IMG/VR virus record: IMGVR_UViG_3300037222_000084
Coordinates: 22,894 to 86,893 of that record
Source: a virus
Length of the DNA: 64,000 bases
Strand: one strand, 5' to 3'
Shown here: one piece after another, positions 38,263 to 47,473 of the stretch
Numbering within the stretch: position 1 is the stretch's first letter
How the letters are laid out: every line of letters starts with the position of its first letter
The notes under the pieces: generated by a model
Told to the model about the DNA's origin: nothing
The model's input: the letters and a program-made list of their open reading frames with translations, nothing else
Databases searched by the model: none
Position numbers and translations under genes: made by a program

Positions 38263-38522
38263 TAAATACGCTTATAGGCCTGGCAGCAGGCACGCTTTTG
38301 GCTGGCTGTGGCATCCCACAGGCGATAAAAGTAGTTAAAGACGGACACGCACGAGGCATAGCCCTCAACATGATGCTAATGCTCATCTCAGGTCTGTTTT
38401 TGATGGGTCTGTATATTTACTTGCAGCACGGATTCGACATTTTGATACATGGAGAGTACGCCATTAGCGTGGCAGTATGGGGAATCTCCCTTTTTTACTA
38501 CTTTTTCCCAAGGAAAACGTGA
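38259..38522 (+). CDS. PQ-loop/SemiSWEET-like membrane protein
   Basis: IPQAIK...G.A.GI, 3 TM, 87 aa. Confidence 0.75.
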   Translation: MINTLIGLAAGTLLAGCGIPQAIKVVKDGHARGIALNMMLMLISGLFLMGLYIYLQHGFDILIHGEYAISVAVWGISLFYYFFPRKT

Positions 38523-38854
38523 AGTTATCACTAATTTTAGGCGACAAACAGCACACTGTGACTTGGGACAAAGATCTTAGCGATTTCCCCAATGTGGTCA
38601 CGTATGACGGCAAGTACTGGGAATGGGTTTGTTGGGACGATGATCCAAATGGCCTGGTTGATAAGGTATTGACGTTTGGTATTACTAGAGAATCAGCCCT
38701 GCCTGTGAACATGTTTGGAGTGCTGTTCCCAGTTCCCAATTTAACCTATATGTTTCAACTTGATACGGCCACTGGACCATGTGAGTGCGGTGCAAAATTT
38801 ACTTCCTTTCCAGATCAACATATGATATTATGTCCTAAATGGAGTAAAACATGA
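38519..38854 (+). CDS. hypothetical protein with C-terminal Zn finger
   Basis: CECG...H...CPKW; GTG overlaps the upstream stop. Confidence 0.6.
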   Translation: MKLSLILGDKQHTVTWDKDLSDFPNVVTYDGKYWEWVCWDDDPNGLVDKVLTFGITRESALPVNMFGVLFPVPNLTYMFQLDTATGPCECGAKFTSFPDQHMILCPKWSKT

Positions 38855-39999
38855 AACTACCTATTCTGTACAAGAAGACTTCCACGGGCGCAATTCAGTC
38901 GTGGAGAACTTTTGTGATCGACCAACGTGGCTCTGCCACAGCCGCTGTTATCGTCACGGATTTTGGACAAGTGGAAGGCAAGATTCAAACCACCCAAGAT
39001 TTGATCCAAGAAGGCAAGAACATTGGTAAAAAGAACGAAACTACTCCTCGCCAACAGGCAGAGTTAGAGGCTAAAGCTAGCTGGGAAAAGAAGAAGAAAA
39101 GCGGATACGTCGAATCTATTGGCGATGCCATGGATAACAAGACCGACGACCTTATCGAAGGTGGCGTTCTGCCCATGTTGGCCAAAAAGTTCTCAGAGCA
39201 AGCCAATAAGATCAAATATCCCTGTTTTACTCAGCCAAAACTAGACGGCATTCGCTGTGTTGCCATCGTCAAAGACGGTGCCTGTACCCTTTGGTCTCGT
39301 ACCCGCAAACAGATAAAATCCTGCCCACACATCGTTCAAGAGCTAGAAGCAGCATTCGAGACTAGAGATATTATCCTAGATGGTGAGCTTTATAACCACG
39401 ATTTTAAGTCAAATTTCGAGCACATCGTACATTTGGTTCGCCAAGACAAAACCCCAGACCCACAGCATACTGACGTGCAATACCATGTTTACGACGTGAT
39501 TGAGGATAAGCTATGCGGTCCCACTTTCGCTGATCGCACTGAAAACCTCGATATTATATTTGCTGCCTACGAGTTTTATAGCATCAAGCAAGTTGATACG
39601 GAAGAAGTCGAATCTGAAGATCAAGTAATGGAGTTTTTTGAGAAATTTCGTGCAATGGGCTATGAAGGCTCCATGCTTCGTAATTACGACTCAAAATACG
39701 TCAATAAACGCTCTAATGATCTTCAAAAAGTCAAAGAATTCGATGATGGTGAATTCAAGGTCACTGGTATCAAAGAGGGCCGTGGTAAATTGGCCGGTCA
39801 CGCCATTTTCATTTGCGTTGACAACAAAGGCGACGAATTTGAGGCTAAACTCAAAGGCGACACGTCCAGACTTAAAGAGTATTTTGACGACCATTCCCTG
39901 TGGAAGGGCAAACAGTTAACCGTACAATATCAAGGGCTTACTGGTAAAAATAAAGTTCCACGTTTCCCTGTTGGCGTGGCGATTAGAGACTATGAATGA
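38851..39999 (+). CDS. ATP-dependent DNA ligase
   Basis: QPKLDGIRC, LDGELY, YHVYD, GYEG.MLR, KRS..L.K.K, PRFP. Confidence 0.92.
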   Translation: MKLPILYKKTSTGAIQSWRTFVIDQRGSATAAVIVTDFGQVEGKIQTTQDLIQEGKNIGKKNETTPRQQAELEAKASWEKKKKSGYVESIGDAMDNKTDDLIEGGVLPMLAKKFSEQANKIKYPCFTQPKLDGIRCVAIVKDGACTLWSRTRKQIKSCPHIVQELEAAFETRDIILDGELYNHDFKSNFEHIVHLVRQDKTPDPQHTDVQYHVYDVIEDKLCGPTFADRTENLDIIFAAYEFYSIKQVDTEEVESEDQVMEFFEKFRAMGYEGSMLRNYDSKYVNKRSNDLQKVKEFDDGEFKVTGIKEGRGKLAGHAIFICVDNKGDEFEAKLKGDTSRLKEYFDDHSLWKGKQLTVQYQGLTGKNKVPRFPVGVAIRDYE

Positions 40000-40229
40000 T
40001 CTCCCCAGAGCACATGAAGGAAATCAAGGAAAACTGCTACCACTGGTCCAATAACTGTGGCGGCTGTGAGACTTGTGACAGAGAGTTCCGCAATCCACCT
40101 CTTTACGACCATCAGGAAACGCTATGTCTGATTTCCATGATCGAGGATAGGGATAAGAAGATCAAGGACTTAGAAGATACGATAAAATGCTTGAATCTGG
40201 CCACTGGAAATGGTATTCTCAAAGCTTAA
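39996..40229 (+). CDS. hypothetical protein
   Basis: Coupled ORF. Confidence 0.5.
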   Translation: MISPEHMKEIKENCYHWSNNCGGCETCDREFRNPPLYDHQETLCLISMIEDRDKKIKDLEDTIKCLNLATGNGILKA

Positions 40230-40246
40230 CACTATAGGAAGGTCAA

Positions 40247-40654
40247 ATGATGAAGTTTTTACATTTTCAGATGCCTAGGGACAAAAAGGCTTCTGCTCGT
40301 TTACAAAAACACTACCAGAGCAGAACAGTGGCCGTCGAAGCAGCAGCGCCAGACGTAGTTCGCGCTCTAGCCGCAGACTTTGTCTTGACGCATCCTACTG
40401 AACAGTTCTTAATGCACGTATTGCGAGTTGGAGTCACATTTTTACACCCAAGTGACAATTACTTCAAACAGGTGGGACGCGACACTGCATCCAAAAAGAT
40501 GGAAGATATTCCGCTTAAAGTTGTTGGAGTACAAATTACGCCTACACACATATTCGTAAAACTCCAAAGATTCAAAGGCATGGACCTTAATTTACGCTTA
40601 AATAAGGCTACTAATTTTTCAACCGTTACAGGAAGAGTTTCAGACGAGGAATAA
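40247..40654 (+). CDS. hypothetical protein
   Basis: VGVTF.HP.DNY.K.VGR motif; promoter-like TTGAAT...TATTCT upstream. Confidence 0.6.
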   Translation: MMKFLHFQMPRDKKASARLQKHYQSRTVAVEAAAPDVVRALAADFVLTHPTEQFLMHVLRVGVTFLHPSDNYFKQVGRDTASKKMEDIPLKVVGVQITPTHIFVKLQRFKGMDLNLRLNKATNFSTVTGRVSDEE

Positions 40655-41503
40655 ATGGACCCCAAATTTGAGTCATTCCCAGATATCAAGAAGCTTGGCA
40701 CTGCCGTACTTTTCATTACTCAGAAGATCCATGGCGCTAACGCGCAAGTCTTCATCTTTCAACAAGAAGATGGCACTCTAGGCTTGGCCTGCGGTTCTCG
40801 TTCACAATGGGTATCGCCTGGCAAGGACAATTTTGGATTCGCCCAGATGGTCTACGCCAACAAACAAGAGTTCATTGACAAACTTGGTCCTGGCCGTCAC
40901 TATGGAGAATGGGCTGGTTCTGGTATCAATTCTGGCGAGGGACTTAAAAACAAGACCTTCGTTCTGTTTGACCACTGGAAATATCCTCCTGAGCGCCCTC
41001 TACCTCCAAATACAGTAGTCGTCCCAGTCCTTTACTCTGGTCCATTCGATATGTCCAAAGTTCAAGAATGCATGGATGACCTCAAAGCCAATGGCTCTAA
41101 GCTGGTTCCTGGATTTATGCGTCCAGAAGGCGTTGTTGTCCGAATCAAGGGCGAACGCTACAAAGTCGTGTTCAATGCAGAAGAAACTGCCTGGAAAGAC
41201 GGCGATCCTGAGTATCAGAAGAACAAGTCGCGTGAAGAAAATAAAGCAGCTACGGAATACGCCCATTTACTACAGCCTATTCGCCTGGAAAAGCTCCTTT
41301 GCCGCGATGAAGTCTATTTGAAAGAATACCCCAAAAGCATGGGCAAAATTGTTACTGATTACTTCGCCGATTTGGTAAAAGAAGACCAAGTACAAGGCAC
41401 TGAGGTTGAAATTCAAGGCATTCGCAGAAGCTTAGGACGTACCATGTTCAAATTCGTCCAAGAAACAGTGGAGAAACAAAATGCCGCTCAGCAAGGAACA
41501 TAA
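40655..41503 (+). CDS. RNA ligase (Rnl2 family)
   Basis: TQKIHGANA, GSR, DNFGF, YGEW.G.GI, F.LFD, VVPVLY.G, EGVVVR. Confidence 0.85.
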   Translation: MDPKFESFPDIKKLGTAVLFITQKIHGANAQVFIFQQEDGTLGLACGSRSQWVSPGKDNFGFAQMVYANKQEFIDKLGPGRHYGEWAGSGINSGEGLKNKTFVLFDHWKYPPERPLPPNTVVVPVLYSGPFDMSKVQECMDDLKANGSKLVPGFMRPEGVVVRIKGERYKVVFNAEETAWKDGDPEYQKNKSREENKAATEYAHLLQPIRLEKLLCRDEVYLKEYPKSMGKIVTDYFADLVKEDQVQGTEVEIQGIRRSLGRTMFKFVQETVEKQNAAQQGT

Positions 41504-41720
41504 ACTCACCAAGCCCAGCGAAGGCTGGTGGGCATGCCAAAGACAAATGCAGGATTCTTTAATGGGTCGCTGTATGGTTTTGGAAGAAAAGATAAATAAG
41601 GCTATTGAAGCCGGTTTCACAGCAGAAGTGGTGCTACTAGAAAGCGAATACGTGATTACCGATAAGATCCGTATGCACCTGAAAAACGTTTTACTTTGGG
41701 ACACTAGCCGTGGCAAATAA
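41481..41720 (+). CDS. hypothetical protein
   Basis: Overlapping ORF with SD GGAG. Confidence 0.5.
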   Translation: MPLSKEHKLTKPSEGWWACQRQMQDSLMGRCMVLEEKINKAIEAGFTAEVVLLESEYVITDKIRMHLKNVLLWDTSRGK

Positions 41721-41946
41721 AATCGTTCCATACAAAACAGACTGTCCAGATGGTATTTTACCCACTGCGTTAAACGCAGCAGCACGCAATTTCGCCTCTA
41801 TCATAACTGGCCACGAGTCCCATGGCATGGAAAATGCCCTGTTCATTGAGACCTGGAAGGCCTGCTTTCAAGCTATGCAAGAAATGGGCATGGTCAAAGA
41901 CGAATATATGGTTTCTGAGAAACCCATTGACTTAGACGACGAGTAG
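41710..41946 (+). CDS. hypothetical protein
   Basis: Overlapping ORF. Confidence 0.5.
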   Translation: MANKIVPYKTDCPDGILPTALNAAARNFASIITGHESHGMENALFIETWKACFQAMQEMGMVKDEYMVSEKPIDLDDE

Positions 41947-41955
41947 TAGTAACCT
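41927..41955 (+). promoter_or_regulatory. sigma70-type promoter of the RNA-gene cluster
   Basis: TTGACT-N17-TAACCT; shares AGTAGTAACCT with the 32480 promoter. Confidence 0.6.
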
Positions 41956-41962
41956 TATAAGT

Positions 41963-42039
41963 CTAAGCGTGGCCGGAAATAGGTGCGGGCTAGGTCTGGA
42001 ACCTAGAAGATGCAGGTGCAAGTCCTGTCGCTTAGACCA
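41963..42039 (+). tRNA. tRNA-Pro(UGG), atypical
   Basis: Acceptor CTAAGCG/CGCTTAG + A73 + CCA; anticodon stem CTAGG/CCTAG, loop TCTGGAA; T-arm GCAGG-TGCAAGT-CCTGT. Confidence 0.8.
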
Positions 42040-42055
42040 TTTTATATAATATTGG

Positions 42056-42620
42056 CGTTAGGGACTTTGACCATATCTTAACTGATGGATCAAAGTACGG
42101 GTGGACAGTCCGAGCTTGGATGCTAGCCTGAGACCGAACCGTGAAGCTAGGGTTTCGTAGAAATACGGCCCAAAGTCCTAACGAGAGAGTTCCGTGAGAA
42201 CTTTCGTTAGTTGTTCTATGGTGTATAGCTAAACTAAGCTCTATATCAAGCTATTGGGAAGGCCATAGAAAGCTAGGTAGACCGACAGAGTTTGCGGCGG
42301 GTTGTAGTTTAATTACGAAAACATTTGCCAAAAAAGGGGTTGCAAACCCTTCTGGAGTAACGACCAGACTACCTATTTTTTTATTTGTTTTTAAGCGGTT
42401 GACGGGAGGCCAAAATCCCACCTGGAGCAGTAGCGAATGACCCGCTGAGCAAGGTCGGCGTAAACGGGAGTTACCGCTTTGTTTTTAGATAGAAGTGTGG
42501 TAGATGCGTTGAATATTCTGTACGAAGCTCACAAACACGCTGGACCCGCACGGTTGGTGCCCATACAAATGCGCGTGGCACCGCAGACCTGTCAGCGCGA
42601 CCTGACGAGCTAGAGTAGCG
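42056..42620 (+). ncRNA. cluster of putative structured small RNAs
   Basis: No ORF >=60 aa; successive closed helices (CGTTAGGGACTTTG/CAAAGTCCTAACG, TTCTATGG/CCATAGAA, AGGTAG/CTACCT, AAGCGGT/ACCGCTT) separated by AT-rich spacers. Confidence 0.55.
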
Positions 42621-42621
42621 A

Positions 42622-43392
42622 CTAGCCTATCTTTCTTTGTTCTGAGTAGAGATCGAAGCCTTCAGATTGATAGTCTAGTTTACCATTCTTATCAAATCCA
42701 AAACCCCTAGTGAGATAGACTAAAGTGCAGCGACAATGTGGATGAAGGCCAAAGGCAGACGGAGAATTCTCGCCGCGCTTATGGTAACTTTGCTTAAGTT
42801 CGCTAAACTTGTAAAGCCTGGGCGTGATCTGGTCAGGCATCATGTGGAGCCTCAAGCACTCCTTACAGGTAGCGTTGTCACGGACGACTACGAAGAAGCA
42901 AGTTGGATCATTGTCACCAACACTAGCTGCCATTCGACTTATACTCATTAGACTGCCAATATTGCGCAGTTTGGTCGCCTCAGACTCAACAATAGCCAAA
43001 AGTTTAAATCTAGCCTTGTTCATTTCTTCTGTGATTACCGCTTTAACCGCCGATTCAGATGCTCGTTCACCGCGCACGCTGGCCTCTTTGGTCAGGCCGT
43101 CAATTCGCTCAATGAGATTCGACTTAGTTTGGCTCTTTACCGATTCAATATATCCATCAGCACTAGCCAATAGGCCCTTCAAAGCGTCCTGCTCTATTGA
43201 GTTTGGAACCTTGTTTTCCATAGCTTGAACGAATAGGTGCGAAAGCGCCATATTTGGTGCTGTACTGAAAACCATGGTCTTTTTGTTTTTGAATCTGGGG
43301 AGATTACCTAGGAACTGCAAGGCAATATTATCGAACATGTTTTCGATGATAGTGCCAATGTTTTCCTTGCCAGAACTAGAGATCCCATTCAT
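42622..43392 (-). CDS. head morphogenesis protein (Mu gpF/SPP1 gp7-like)
   Basis: D..TC..C..L...HPHCRC. Confidence 0.75.
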   Translation of the reverse strand: MNGISSSGKENIGTIIENMFDNIALQFLGNLPRFKNKKTMVFSTAPNMALSHLFVQAMENKVPNSIEQDALKGLLASADGYIESVKSQTKSNLIERIDGLTKEASVRGERASESAVKAVITEEMNKARFKLLAIVESEATKLRNIGSLMSISRMAASVGDNDPTCFFVVVRDNATCKECLRLHMMPDQITPRLYKFSELKQSYHKRGENSPSAFGLHPHCRCTLVYLTRGFGFDKNGKLDYQSEGFDLYSEQRKIG

Positions 43393-43395
43393 GGG

Positions 43396-44079
43396 TTAGT
43401 CCTTCTTGGTAACGCCCTGAATGCCCAATTGAGCAAGGATGTCTTTGCTACCGCGTGCTTCTTCGTCAGCCCATTTTGACATTACGTCGCCTACGATTTT
43501 TTCTTGCATAGAAACGGCCTGTTTAGCGTTGGAAGTCATATTGTGGTTAGCTTGCGAACTAACCTTGAAAGCTGGACGATGCAAAGCCAAAGCGATGCCC
43601 TTAATAGCTTCATGAGACTTTTTCAATTCAATGGCTTGCACTTGGTCACGTCGAAAAGCACGAATGCCCTCAACTGATTTCATAATGTCCGATCTTTCAG
43701 CTGGATCTAGCTCTGATTTACTGAGCATGCTTTCAAGCTTGGAAATGTGTTGATCTAACTCAGTGCCGTCTGGATGTTCTGATTCAGCCATTGGAACAGC
43801 TGGTTGTGGAGCACTTGCAGGTGTCGCACCGCCAGGCATAGGAGCAGCTTGATCGTCGCCAGGCGCAGAAGCACCGCTGTCGTCGCCAGGAGCACCGCCT
43901 CCACCAGGAGGTTGTTGAGCAGCAGCTTCTTCAGCTTGTTGCTGTTGTTGCATAGCCGCGTCTTGAGTAGCTTGTTGAGCGCCCTGTTCAAAGCCTAAAC
44001 GGAAAGCCATGTCTACAGAGTTCATGTACTTCGCTTTTAGTTCTTGATATTTTTGTCGCCAGTTGATGTCGCCTGCCAT
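43396..44079 (-). CDS. putative internal head protein
   Basis: Q/P-rich; LSKSE, IMKS, LKKS motifs; follows portal. Confidence 0.6.
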   Translation of the reverse strand: MAGDINWRQKYQELKAKYMNSVDMAFRLGFEQGAQQATQDAAMQQQQQAEEAAAQQPPGGGGAPGDDSGASAPGDDQAAPMPGGATPASAPQPAVPMAESEHPDGTELDQHISKLESMLSKSELDPAERSDIMKSVEGIRAFRRDQVQAIELKKSHEAIKGIALALHRPAFKVSSQANHNMTSNAKQAVSMQEKIVGDVMSKWADEEARGSKDILAQLGIQGVTKKD

Positions 44080-44088
44080 ATATACCTC

Positions 44089-45948
44089 TTAAATGTTCTC
44101 TTCGCCTTCTAGTTCATCTTCAATCTGCATTCTCAAAAATTCCATAGCATATGGACGTGGAGCTAAATAGGCTTGCACCGATGCAGGATTTGTCTGAGCT
44201 AAAAGTTGTAACCATTGCAAAAAGAAGGGATCTCGTTTATACTTCAATATAGGGTCTACGATTGCTGAAGGATCTCCAAAAAATGGACCCATTAGCTCGC
44301 TTACGTTCTTGTATTTATCGGCAAGTAACTGCCAACGTTCATTCAGAGGAAAATTGCCTCCGAGAATCTTTCCAATAGGCTCTTTATCAACCTCATGTAG
44401 GACTTCGTCGTAGGACATGTGAACGACCATGTCCTGTTGCAAACGAGTAGTCTCTTGTTCTTTCGATTGAGCGTCTAGACCTGCCAGCTTGATGACGCAG
44501 ATTTTGGCCAATAACGGATCAATGATAGGAAACAGCCGTTGATTGAAGAAGTTTTGAAACTTCAGGATCAAAGGACGCAATCCAGAATCTCTGGAAGCGG
44601 TTAGTTTGAATTCGTTGTTCGACTCGGACAAGGTTTGCGAGTTAGTGCCTTTCGATAAATGGCCATAGCCAGGAAGCTCGTCAGGAGACACGCCAAAAGC
44701 GGATAATATGTTACGAGCAATTTGGTCATACATAAACTGAAATTCATCGCCTAATCCTTCGCCGACCATTGGGAGCCAGCTAACGTTGTCTTCTGTGCCG
44801 ATACCAAAAATTGGTGTACGGAATGAGTTCGATACGCTGTTAATGCCAGCGTTGAACTGAAGCTTCATATTGTCTAGAGTCTGTTGGTCAACTTCGTCCG
44901 ACTGGATGACAAGCATTCCCTTTGTCGCACGACCATTCTGGAAATACAGTTTCTTGTAAGCGTCAATACTAATGTGAGTAGTAACAGAACTGACAACGGT
45001 ATCGAGAGGGCTAATTGGGTAGCCGTTATGCTCCACATCAGTAGATGGGAAAAGAGTAAACACGAGCATTTCGTCGTGAGTAAAAGCTTGCCTTGGAGTG
45101 CCGTCAATAACTTGTAGCCACGCATACCGATCTTCCTGAAGCATGTTTATGTCGATATTGATTTTTTCGCCTGTAATGCTTTCTAATGCACGGATAGCGG
45201 TAGCTCGTAGGTTGTTACCTACATATTCGCCTTTTCTTACAGCCCTGACGATAGTAGCCACGTCGATAGCGCGAAAACGATGGAAAGGATAATTACCGTC
45301 TTCATCAGGAGGAACAGAACGATCATAAATGACCTCTGTAGCGAAACGTCCAAAAGTCAGACCGTTTCTAGCTTGAATGTCCATGTATTCGCCAAGGGTG
45401 ACTTTTTCTTGATTTTCTAATTGATCGGTGTGTCCGCACTGGAGCAAGATCTTTTCAAAACGCTTCATGCGCTCTTTGACTTTGTCAAATTGCTCAGGAG
45501 TAAGGATTTTGTAGAATTCTGGCTTGATTTCGATTTCTAAACCGAAACCAAAACGGTCGGGACGCAGGTCTCCAAACAGAGACATCATATTTCCGCGACA
45601 TCGTAATATCGCAGCAACGAGATGGTCTGTGATTCGGATTTGTTTTAGAACTTCATCTGGTAACGCTCTGCGTTTGGTTTTATACAGACCAAGGAAGTTA
45701 TCAGACGGTGCAGGGTTCTCAGTAAAGGCCAAGGCTGGAGCACGTTTTGAGTTGGCCGTGCCGCTGGCTTGTTGCAGCGCGTACATAAGAGGGCCAGCAT
45801 CAGACTTCTCGAAGCCAGACTTTTCCAATTGCTCGTCCATACTTGGACCCATAGCAAAGACCATCTTGTTCTTGACAGAATTATTGATAGCGTCGGCGGC
45901 TCGTACTGCGTCTTGTGCTATTTGTTCTGGCGTTTTCTGATCTGACAT
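44089..45948 (-). CDS. portal protein
   Basis: D.ATI, GYP.SPL, YF.NG...KG.L, I...FGVSPDELP, GLRPL. Confidence 0.9.
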   Translation of the reverse strand: MSDQKTPEQIAQDAVRAADAINNSVKNKMVFAMGPSMDEQLEKSGFEKSDAGPLMYALQQASGTANSKRAPALAFTENPAPSDNFLGLYKTKRRALPDEVLKQIRITDHLVAAILRCRGNMMSLFGDLRPDRFGFGLEIEIKPEFYKILTPEQFDKVKERMKRFEKILLQCGHTDQLENQEKVTLGEYMDIQARNGLTFGRFATEVIYDRSVPPDEDGNYPFHRFRAIDVATIVRAVRKGEYVGNNLRATAIRALESITGEKINIDINMLQEDRYAWLQVIDGTPRQAFTHDEMLVFTLFPSTDVEHNGYPISPLDTVVSSVTTHISIDAYKKLYFQNGRATKGMLVIQSDEVDQQTLDNMKLQFNAGINSVSNSFRTPIFGIGTEDNVSWLPMVGEGLGDEFQFMYDQIARNILSAFGVSPDELPGYGHLSKGTNSQTLSESNNEFKLTASRDSGLRPLILKFQNFFNQRLFPIIDPLLAKICVIKLAGLDAQSKEQETTRLQQDMVVHMSYDEVLHEVDKEPIGKILGGNFPLNERWQLLADKYKNVSELMGPFFGDPSAIVDPILKYKRDPFFLQWLQLLAQTNPASVQAYLAPRPYAMEFLRMQIEDELEGEENI

Positions 45949-45968
45949 ATATACCTTATATCACTTGT

Positions 45969-47444
45969 CTATTCAGCAGCCGCTAAAAAGACGTTTGCAG
46001 CGACTAGGCCGTTATTGGTTACACTCAGGGAGTATATGGTAGAGGTGAGCATCAGTATTCCAGGAGTGCTAACACCTAGGGCTGACGATGGAAGTCCAGT
46101 AGGGCAATTGGTCACAACGAAAGGTTGAATTTGTGCTGCCAAAGCGACCCCATTTACGGTCACGGTTAGGTTTTGGTCGCTTTCCATATAGATGATTGAC
46201 TTAGCCATTGAATAAATTACAACTGGCGATAGAATGTTCGTTTCTTGTGGCAAAATTGCCGTGGAAGAAAATTCCAAAGATTCTGCGTATACAGCCGTTA
46301 TTACGTAGCTGCCCCATGAGACTGGGGAGAAGCCTGACGAGATCACGAGAGTATCGCCGACTTGTACGCCTGCATCGCTAAAGATCTGCAATTGCGTAGC
46401 AAAGCTAGCACCTAAAGTGATAGGTCCTTCTCCGACAGCCGCAGTATTCACAACTGAGAAGCTAATAGGAGTCATTGAGATAATTTGAAATGTTCCCTGA
46501 TTGTCAGCATTGAAATCGCTACCAACCGTCACGAAATCGCCCACTACGACGCCGCTAGTGACCAAATTCAATGGCTGTGCAGCTGCTCCGCCAGATAGAG
46601 ATATAGTGTCAGGAGATTCGCCGCCAGACAAAGCCATGGTTGCGCCAATGGCTGGTGTTTGTGTACCAAGACCAGCAGTCTCGGTAACTTGGTCTCCTGG
46701 ATTAGCAGCATTCCAAGCAGCGACTAGACCAGATATGGTCGAAGTGCCATCGCCAGTCAGGACTATCGAATTACCTGCGGCTCCTATGTTGTTGGCTGTC
46801 AATGTGATAGGAAGGGTTGTTCCAGTTGGAGTGCCAGTGTAGCTAGCAAATGTGCCCACAGTAGGGGTTTGACTGCCATCGCCGGATGTTAGCGCAATCG
46901 TGTTACCAGGGTTGGCCGTATTCCAGTTTGCGATCAAGGTGTTTATGGTCGAAATGCCATCGGTGTCCAGAACTACGGTATTACCGATAACTCCGAGACT
47001 AGTCGCTGTAATAGTTACAGAGGTCGTCATTCCAGTGACAATGCCAGTAAAAGACGCTGCGGTGGCAAAAGTGCTAGTGAATGTAAAAGTTTCAACTGGG
47101 CCATTTACGGTAGTCGTTACCTGTGTAGTCGATGCTATTGGAATAGCTCGTGGGGTACGGAAATCAGGCTTAGTGCCAGATGCCCAAGAAAGCACGTAAA
47201 CAGTTGTATTTAAAGGCTTTAATGTCAAGGAATAGTGGGTAGTACCGTCCTGTAGCGTGGTACGGACTCCGCTAGATAGGAGCTGGGTCGTTCCAGGAGC
47301 GATTGTATAATCTTCACTTTTAGGGTTATTTACGACCAAACCCTGTAGGTCTCTGGCCCATTTGATTGGACTACGAGAAGGCGCATTGGAAGGCCTGTTA
47401 TCGTCGTAAGCATTCAAAATTACTGACAAACTCAATTTACTCAT
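45969..47444 (-). CDS. virion structural protein (beta-rich, duplicated sheath-like insert)
   Basis: Two ITA...G..GN.I.L..DG..TI..L...WN.ANPG repeats; late motif upstream. Confidence 0.6.
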   Translation of the reverse strand: MSKLSLSVILNAYDDNRPSNAPSRSPIKWARDLQGLVVNNPKSEDYTIAPGTTQLLSSGVRTTLQDGTTHYSLTLKPLNTTVYVLSWASGTKPDFRTPRAIPIASTTQVTTTVNGPVETFTFTSTFATAASFTGIVTGMTTSVTITATSLGVIGNTVVLDTDGISTINTLIANWNTANPGNTIALTSGDGSQTPTVGTFASYTGTPTGTTLPITLTANNIGAAGNSIVLTGDGTSTISGLVAAWNAANPGDQVTETAGLGTQTPAIGATMALSGGESPDTISLSGGAAAQPLNLVTSGVVVGDFVTVGSDFNADNQGTFQIISMTPISFSVVNTAAVGEGPITLGASFATQLQIFSDAGVQVGDTLVISSGFSPVSWGSYVITAVYAESLEFSSTAILPQETNILSPVVIYSMAKSIIYMESDQNLTVTVNGVALAAQIQPFVVTNCPTGLPSSALGVSTPGILMLTSTIYSLSVTNNGLVAANVFLAAAE

Positions 47445-47473
47445 TAATTAGACCTCTTTAGGTATTGCTACCT

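Noticed and set aside
42596-42630. Hammerhead ribozyme core (CTGACGAG plus stem)
   Set aside because: The required GAAA after stem II is missing
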